Below, in pieces: positions 58,028 to 64,000 of a DNA stretch of 64,000 bases. The notes under the pieces were generated by a model. It did not search any database. It was not told the origin of the DNA and saw only the letters and a list, made by a program, of their open reading frames with translations. Position 1 is the stretch's first letter. Each line of letters opens with the position of its first letter. This DNA comes from an uncultured delta proteobacterium (GTDB taxonomy: Bacteria > Myxococcota_A > Polyangia > Polyangiales > Polyangiaceae). A program made the position numbers and the translations under genes. The stretch spans positions 320,001 to 384,000 of the forward strand of contig CAWKKR010000005.1 of assembly GCA_963850305.1 (NCBI GenBank), read 5' to 3'.

Positions 58028-59234
58028 GCACGTTCGCGTCAGGAAAAAGAACGGCGAGCTCGTCATTCGTCCGCTCGATGGTCGCGACGCGGAGCGGGCG
58101 CTCGAGCTTGCCGCGGCTCATCTGGACGTGGCCCGCGAGTTCGTGGGGCGCACCCGCGACGAGCTCGAGGAGGCCTGGTCTGCCGTACCCGTGGCGGTTC
58201 GCGATCGAAAGCTCGCCGACGGACTCCGCAAGCTCATCGAAGACGCGAGTGAATTCTCGGCGGACGAGAGCGTGGACCCGATCGCCCTGCGGGGGGACCT
58301 CTTTCTCGCCGCGAGCGCCGCGCGCGGGGCGCTCGCGCCCGAGGAGCGATTTGCGCGTGGCCCGCTCGTGCAAGCCGCAGCCGCGCGCCACGGCATATCG
58401 CCCGACGCGCTCGAGCGTGCGCTATATGCGGACCTGCGCGGCGAACAGCTCCTGCTCGCGGCGCTTCCGGCGCGCCCGGAGACTCTCGTCGAGCATTACG
58501 ACCGCGGGCAGGTCCAGGCCGTCTTGCTCCGCGCGGTGCGGCTGACCGTCGACGTCGCGTGTGCCACGCCGGCCGCGTATCGAGCCCTGTTTCGCGAGCT
58601 GAAGTTCCGGCGCTTGATCCACCGCATCGAGCGGCTCACCGAAGGATACCGCATCGAGATCGACGGACCTTACAGCCTCTTCGAGTCGGTGACGAAGTAC
58701 GGACTTCAGCTCGCGCTCGTGCTCCCTGCGCTCGAAGCATGCGACGCGCTGTCGCTTCGGGCGGAGATCCGCTGGGGCAAGCAGCGCGAAGCCCTTTCTT
58801 TCCATCATCGAAGCACCCGCTCGAACCGTACGGAGCAGGGCGCGTCGGCGCCGCGACTGCGCGAGGACATCGCGGCGCTCGCGGACGCGTTCAGGAACCT
58901 TGCCGGACCGTGGTCCGTGTCGGAGAGCGACGTCGTGCTCGATTTGCCGGGCATCGGCGTCTGCATTCCCGATCTCGTTTTCGAACGGCGCAAAAAGCCG
59001 CGGGTGTACTTCGAGGCGCTCGGCTTCTGGAACCGTGACGCGGTCTGGAAGCGTGTCGAGCTGGTGGAGCGCGGGCTCCCGTCGCCGATTCTCTTCGCGG
59101 CGAGCAGTCGCTTGCGCGTGAGCGAGTCCATCCTGGACGACGCGGAGGCCGCCGCGCTCTACGTCTACAAGGGCGTCATGAGCGCCCGCGCCGTCGAACG
59201 GAAGCTGGACGAGCTCGTCGGGAAAGCCCGGTGA
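58014..59234 (+). CDS. DUF790 (Bax1-like) PD-(D/E)XK nuclease
   Basis: LYADL, IDGPYSLFESVTKYGLQLA, IPDLVF....YFEALGFW. Overlaps the helicase stop. Confidence 0.87.
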   Translation: MLTAEHVRVRKKNGELVIRPLDGRDAERALELAAAHLDVAREFVGRTRDELEEAWSAVPVAVRDRKLADGLRKLIEDASEFSADESVDPIALRGDLFLAASAARGALAPEERFARGPLVQAAAARHGISPDALERALYADLRGEQLLLAALPARPETLVEHYDRGQVQAVLLRAVRLTVDVACATPAAYRALFRELKFRRLIHRIERLTEGYRIEIDGPYSLFESVTKYGLQLALVLPALEACDALSLRAEIRWGKQREALSFHHRSTRSNRTEQGASAPRLREDIAALADAFRNLAGPWSVSESDVVLDLPGIGVCIPDLVFERRKKPRVYFEALGFWNRDAVWKRVELVERGLPSPILFAASSRLRVSESILDDAEAAALYVYKGVMSARAVERKLDELVGKAR

Positions 59235-59985
59235 CGCGCCGGCCGGCGTGGAGCGTCAGGGTGCGCGCGAAGACGGGCTCGCTCGAGAGCGCGCGCAGCC
59301 GCGTCCGGAGCGACGTGAATCGCTCGGCGTTCATGGCCGGCCCGATGAAGGACAGCGAGCGCAGTATTCGTTCCAGGCCGTCGTGGTCGACGCGCGTCTC
59401 GTCGTGAATCGTCGTGACGAGGGTCAGAGGAATCCGTGTGATGGCCGCGAGTTGCTTCAGCGCGGGAGCTCCCGTGCGTGCGCGTCGTTGAGAGGCATTC
59501 TCGACGAGCTGGCGCAGGTCGCGCATGAACTCCGTGTCCGCGAGCGCCACCATGACGACCGCCAGCGCGCCGTCTGGCGCCAGAATGCGCGCCACCTCCC
59601 GCGACGCGAGCTCCGCGTTCATGAAGTGGAGCGCGTCGCTGATGACCACGAGATCGATCGAGGCGTCCGCGAATGGCAGCGCTTCGGCAGCGGCGTGAAG
59701 CGCACGAAGCCGGACGCCGCGGAGGTGGGCCGCGGCACGGAGTTCCGCGAGCATCGCGTCCGCGGGCTCGACCGCGGTCACATCGATACCGCGCTCCGCC
59801 AGCGGAATGGCAACGTGCCCGATGCCCGCGCCGAGGTCCGCGACGCGAGCGCCCTCCGTCGCGAACTCCGCGATGCGGTCGATCAGCGCCGCGGGGTAGG
59901 GTGGTCGCGCCGCGTAGCCGGCCGCCACGCGATTGAACACCCAGCGCGAGGCGTCTTCGACGCGAACGTCACGGCGGCCTTTCAC
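59176..59985 (-). CDS. Class I SAM-dependent methyltransferase
   Basis: YAARPPYP, ADLGAGIG, VEPADAM, AEALPFADASIDLV, ILAPDG. Start approximate. Confidence 0.87.
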   Translation of the reverse strand: MKGRRDVRVEDASRWVFNRVAAGYAARPPYPAALIDRIAEFATEGARVADLGAGIGHVAIPLAERGIDVTAVEPADAMLAELRAAAHLRGVRLRALHAAAEALPFADASIDLVVISDALHFMNAELASREVARILAPDGALAVVMVALADTEFMRDLRQLVENASQRRARTGAPALKQLAAITRIPLTLVTTIHDETRVDHDGLERILRSLSFIGPAMNAERFTSLRTRLRALSSEPVFARTLTLHAGRRVTGLSRRARPASVRRRGRS

Positions 59986-60315
59986 GGTGAAACGCTCGTT
60001 TCGAAATCCGCAGCGACCAAACTTCAGGAGGCCGGGGCTGACGAGCACCTGGCACGGCGCGAATCTTCGGAGAAGTGCCGCGCGGCCGTCAAGGTACCGC
60101 GACGCTGACCGGGCTCCCAGACCGCTCGAGCGAGGCTCCGGTTGGCGATGCCGGGGTCGGTTTCGGGCGCGCCCGTCCCCGCAACCGGCCCGGCTTCCAA
60201 TCGAGGCTGCCGCCGGGTCCCCTTTTGTCCCCGGAAGGTGCATGCTGCGGTGACCGGGCTGCGTGAGGGTGGTTCGAGTCGCGTCGATGCCTGGATGAAC
60301 GACGAGGTCAGAGTC

Positions 60316-62172
60316 ATGCGGAAAGTTCTCGGTCTTGGTTTTTTGGTGCTCGGTGCGAGCGTGGCGGCGTGCACCTCGTCGCACGGCGGGGGCACGGGCG
60401 ATGGCGGAGCCGGAAGTGCAAGTGCGGGCGGTGCGAATCAGAGCGCGGGCGGCGTCGCGAACGGCAGCTCCGGCGGCTCGAGCGCGGGCGGCGTCGCGAA
60501 CGGCAGCTCCGGCGGCTCGAGCGCGGGCGGCGTCGCGAACGGCAGCTCCGGCGGCTCGAGCGCGGGCGGCGCGGCGGCTGGAAGCTCGGGGGGCACGGCG
60601 AATCAAGGCGCCGGCGGCACTCCCGTCACGGGTACCGTCATACCGCCGGGCGATCCGGGCACCGCGGACGTGAAGTTCACCATCAACACAACCCAGAACG
60701 CGCACCCGATCTCGCCGTACATCTACGGGACCAACGGCGGCGATCTCACGAAGGAAGCGAAGGGCGAGACGATGACGCGCATGGGCGGCAATCGGCTCAC
60801 TGCGTACAACTGGGAAACGAACGCCTCGAATGCGGGCTCGGACTACCAGTACGAGAACGACAATTACATGAGCGCGAGCACGACCGCCGGCGCGCCGATG
60901 AAGGCCGCAGTTCAGACGGCGAACGCGTCCGCGGCGAGCATCATCATGACCGTTCCGATGGCGGGCTGGGTCTCCGCGGACGAGAGCGGGCCCTGTAACG
61001 CGCATCCCCCGGACACGGCGACCATCGAACAGCACTTCTTTCCGATCATCGCCGCGAAGGGCTCGGCGTTTGTGTATCCGCCCGACACGACCGACGGCAA
61101 AGTGTACGCGGACGAGTTCGTGTCGTGGCTCGAGTCGCAGTTCCCGAACGCGCAGACGGACGCGACGCGGCGCATCTTCTACATGCTCGACAACGAACCC
61201 GATCTCTGGTCGAGCACGCACAGCGAGATCCATCCCGACGCCGTGACGTACGCGGAGCTCGTGCAGAAGAGCACGGCCACCGCGACGGCGATCAAAGCCG
61301 TGGCCCCGAACGCGCTCGTCTTCGGCCCGGTGAGCTACGGATGGGAGGGTTACACGACCTTGCAGAACGCGCCCGACGCGAACAACCGTGATTTTCTCGA
61401 ATTTTATCTCGACTCGATGAAGACCGCGGCGACCACCGCCGGCAAGCGCTTGCTCGACGTGCTCGACGTGCACTGGTATCCGGAAGCGACGGGCGGCGGC
61501 ACGCGCATCACCGATCAGGGCACCTCCGCCGCCGAGGTGACGGCGAGGATCCAGGCTCCGCGCTCCCTCTGGGACCCGACTTACACGGAGACGAGCTGGA
61601 TCACGCAGGACAGCACCAACGGCCCCATCGAGCTCATCCCGCTCCTGACGAAAAAGATCGCCGATCACTACCCCGGCACGAAGCTCTCCATCAGCGAATA
61701 CAACTACGGAGGGAGCACCGACATTTCGGGCGGCATCGCGGAAGCGGACGTGCTCGGCATCTTCGGTTACCAGGGGCTCTTTGCCGCCGCCATGTGGCCG
61801 CTCGCGGCCACGAGTCCGTACATCTTCGGCGGTTTCGCCATGTACCGGAATTACGACGGCAATGGCGCGACCTTCGGCGACACGTCCGTGGATTCGACCA
61901 CGTCGGCGGTCGACACGAGCTCCGTTTATGCGAGCGTGTCGTCGACCGCGCCGACGAACGTCGTCGTCGTCGCCATCAACAAGAACACGACGGCGATGAC
62001 CGCCGGCATCACGCTGACCCACGACGTCCACTTGCCCCACGCGGACGTCTACACGCTCACGAGTGCCGGCTCGTCCCCCGTCAAGGGCACCGTCATCGAC
62101 GAGGTCGCGACGAACGCCTATCACTACGCGATGCCCCCGATGAGCGTCACCACGCTCGTGTTTCACCCCTGA
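60316..62172 (+). CDS. Glycoside hydrolase family 44 lipoprotein (endoglucanase/xyloglucanase)
   Basis: Lipobox VAAC, ISPYIYG.N, RMGGNRLTAYNWETNASNAGSD, LDNEPDLW..TH..IHP, LDVHWYPE, ISEYNYG. Confidence 0.92.
   Translation: MRKVLGLGFLVLGASVAACTSSHGGGTGDGGAGSASAGGANQSAGGVANGSSGGSSAGGVANGSSGGSSAGGVANGSSGGSSAGGAAAGSSGGTANQGAGGTPVTGTVIPPGDPGTADVKFTINTTQNAHPISPYIYGTNGGDLTKEAKGETMTRMGGNRLTAYNWETNASNAGSDYQYENDNYMSASTTAGAPMKAAVQTANASAASIIMTVPMAGWVSADESGPCNAHPPDTATIEQHFFPIIAAKGSAFVYPPDTTDGKVYADEFVSWLESQFPNAQTDATRRIFYMLDNEPDLWSSTHSEIHPDAVTYAELVQKSTATATAIKAVAPNALVFGPVSYGWEGYTTLQNAPDANNRDFLEFYLDSMKTAATTAGKRLLDVLDVHWYPEATGGGTRITDQGTSAAEVTARIQAPRSLWDPTYTETSWITQDSTNGPIELIPLLTKKIADHYPGTKLSISEYNYGGSTDISGGIAEADVLGIFGYQGLFAAAMWPLAATSPYIFGGFAMYRNYDGNGATFGDTSVDSTTSAVDTSSVYASVSSTAPTNVVVVAINKNTTAMTAGITLTHDVHLPHADVYTLTSAGSSPVKGTVIDEVATNAYHYAMPPMSVTTLVFHP
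60442..60572 (+). repeat. In-frame 39-bp tandem repeat (3 copies plus a partial) in the GH44 linker
   Basis: AGCGCGGGCGGCGTCGCGAACGGCAGCTCCGGCGGCTCG at 60442, 60481, 60520, encoding SAGGVANGSSGGS. Confidence 0.93.
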
Positions 62173-62174
62173 GG

Positions 62175-62557
62175 GCTCGGGTACACTCGGGACGGCTCCA
62201 CTCACGCTGGAAAGAGCTCATCCGAGCCCGCTTTCGCTCGAAGTGAGCCGCGGAGAGCTCATCCGAGCCCGCTTTCGCTCGAAGTGAGCCGCGGAGAGCT
62301 CATCCGAGCTTCTGGGCGCTCGAAACGAGCGGCGCGGAGCTCAACCGAGCGTTCAGCGCCTCGAGGTGAGCAAATTTTTGCTCGGCCAAGCGAGCGCCCG
62401 GCTCGAATCGAGCCGTCGGGAGCTCCCGTGAGCCCGTGCAAGGCTCGAATCGAGCCGTCGGGAGCTCCCGTGAGCCCGTGCAAGGCTCGAATCGAGCCGT
62501 CGGGAGCTCCCGTGAGCCCTGAACGGCTCAACTCGACCCATCGGAGCTAACGTGAGC
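62175..62557. repeat. Intergenic array of GCTC-N4/5-GAGC mini-palindromes with 20-21 bp period
   Basis: 19 phased units. Includes a 41-bp repeat (62213, 62254, partial 62295) and a 42-bp repeat (62400, 62442, 62484). Confidence 0.88.
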
Positions 62558-62559
62558 GA

Positions 62560-63174
62560 ATGTCCGAGCGCGGTCGATGGTTTGCGCATCCGACGGCGGT
62601 CATCGACGAGCCTGTCGAGATCGGCGACGGCACGGAGATCTGGCACTTCGGCCACGTCAGCGCGAACTGTACGATCGGTGAGCGCTGCAAGTTCGGCCAG
62701 AACCTGTTCGTCGCGTCCGGTGTGCGCATCGGCAACGGCGTCAAGGTCCAGAACAACGTTTCCATCTATGCCGGCACCGTCATCGAGGACGACGTGTTCC
62801 TCGGGCCGTCCTCGGTGCTCACCAACATTTCGAACCCGCGCGCCGAGCTCGATCGACGGACGGCATACGAACCCACGCTCATCCGCCGCGGCGCGACCGT
62901 CGGCGCCAACGCGACGATCGTGTGCGGAGTGACGCTCGGACGCCATGCGTTCGTTGCGGCCGGTGCGGTGGTCACACACAGCGCGCCGGACTACGCGTTG
63001 CTGGCCGGCGTCCCGGCGCGCCACGTCGGCTGGATTAGCCGCCACGGCCATCGTCTCGAGTTCGCGGAGGATGGAACGGCCCGTTGCCTCGAGAGCGAAT
63101 ACCGCTACACGCTGCACGCCGGCGTCGTGCAATGCCTGGACCTCGACGAAGACGCGCCGTTGCCACGACGCTAG
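62560..63174 (+). CDS. Hexapeptide-repeat N-acetyltransferase (WbpD/WlbB-like, sugar-nucleotide)
   Basis: HPTAVID...IG.GT.IWHF, GVKVQNNVSIY, FLGPS.V.TN..NPR, GANATIVCG, GVPAR..GW. Confidence 0.9.
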   Translation: MSERGRWFAHPTAVIDEPVEIGDGTEIWHFGHVSANCTIGERCKFGQNLFVASGVRIGNGVKVQNNVSIYAGTVIEDDVFLGPSSVLTNISNPRAELDRRTAYEPTLIRRGATVGANATIVCGVTLGRHAFVAAGAVVTHSAPDYALLAGVPARHVGWISRHGHRLEFAEDGTARCLESEYRYTLHAGVVQCLDLDEDAPLPRR

Positions 63175-63188
63175 GTGCTACTAGCAAA

Positions 63189-63685
63189 GGGGGGCCTTTG
63201 CCCCCCGCGGCTTGCTTCGCAACCGCTCCCCCCGCCGCCTTCGGCGGGCTCGTGCTCGCAAGGGGGTCTTGACCCCCGCGGCTCGCTCCGCGCCCGCTCC
63301 CCCCGCCGCCTTCGGCGGGCTCGTGCTCGCAAGGGGGTCTTGACCCCCGCGGCTCGCTCCGCGCCCGCTCCCCCCGCCGCCTTCGGCGGGCTCGTGCTCG
63401 CAAGGGGGTCTTGACCCCCGCGGCTCGCTCCGCGCCCGCTCCCCCCGCCGCCTTCGGCGGGCTCGCTTTGCTCGCAAGGGGGGCCTTTGCCCCCCGCGGC
63501 TTGCTCCGCGACCGCTCCCCCCGCCGCCTTCGGCGGGCTCGCTATGCTCGCAAGGGGGGCCTTTGCCCCCCGCGGCTTGCTCCGCAACCGCTCCCCCCGC
63601 CGCCTTCGGCGGGCTCGCTTTGCTCGCGTAGTTCCGCAGCTCTTTGATCCCTCGGGGACGACGCGGCTCGTCGATGCGGAACTAC
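63189..63685. repeat. Tandem array of 6 variant three-hairpin units (71-76 bp) plus the 58-bp GTAG...CTAC cap
   Basis: Units start at 63189, 63262, 63333, 63404, 63478, 63554. Cap 63628-63685 has 11-bp terminal inverted repeats. Lies between convergent genes. Confidence 0.95.
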
Positions 63686-64000
63686 TCAGTGCCGCACGAC
63701 GCGCTCGATCCGTCTGTCGGGGACGAGCCACACCAGCGCGACGAAGACGTAAAGAGCGCACGAGATCACCGGGTGTACGAAGGCTGCCGGAATCGCCACC
63801 CCGTAGGCCACCAGGGACACCTTGCCCTTCTTGTCGTCTTTGACCGCGGCCTTGAGCCGCGATGCCGGCCCCTGGTGGTGGACGATCGCGGCTTGCAGCA
63901 CGGTGTACGCGACCGCGGACATGAGCAACACGACGCCGTACGTGGCGGTCGGGACGGGCGCAAAGTGATTCTGTCCCATCCAGCCGGTGACGAACGGCGT
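63686..64000 (-). CDS. TMEM175/DUF1211-family membrane protein, C-terminal part (5' beyond window)
   Basis: PFVTGWMGQNHFAPVPTATYG..., KGKVSL..Y, WLVPDRRIE. Confidence 0.85.
   Translation of the reverse strand, partial: TPFVTGWMGQNHFAPVPTATYGVVLLMSAVAYTVLQAAIVHHQGPASRLKAAVKDDKKGKVSLVAYGVAIPAAFVHPVISCALYVFVALVWLVPDRRIERVVRH

Noticed and set aside
60265..60290. GGTTCGAGTC T-loop-like motif
   Set aside because: No T-stem, acceptor stem or cloverleaf can be formed.
59176..62205. 1009-aa minus-strand ORF
   Set aside because: The upstream ~740 codons are the antisense shadow of the GH44 gene. Only the last ~270 codons carry methyltransferase motifs.

Overview
GC-rich bacterial chromosomal window with about 65 CDS and one tRNA-Leu(CAG). 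Gene content points to a myxobacterium, probably Polyangiaceae/Sorangiineae-like (inference from the Gly-rich lipoproteins, giant TPR protein, Ser/Thr kinases and TIGR04552-like protein). Positions 1-38 kb are mostly housekeeping and envelope genes: iscS-like, rlmB, proA-rsfS-rlmH, tolC-ccmC-ccmD-tatB-tatC, a DEAD-box helicase, an L,D-transpeptidase, panD, and DUF507-yicC-gmk-mtnP-pfkB. Positions 38-64 kb are more accessory: DUF4266/DUF3570 operon, lipoprotein hydrolases, vWA, GH44, dinB and XPB-DUF790. No integrase, transposase, cas gene or CRISPR array was seen. Best leads: (1) an orphan SctJ ring lipoprotein coupled to a pseudokinase-GYF-TM protein, opposite a giant TPR protein with a polyproline tail; (2) a stand-alone RelA/SpoT-fold synthetase upstream of a purine-metabolism gene run; (3) a DUF4266/DUF3570 operon led by a CX12CH lipoprotein; (4) a three-hairpin repeat family with covarying stems and a GTAG...CTAC-bounded cap; (5) a 19-unit array with 20-21 bp period; (6) a recurring leaderless-mRNA signature. 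All family calls come from motif recognition by eye; no database search was run.
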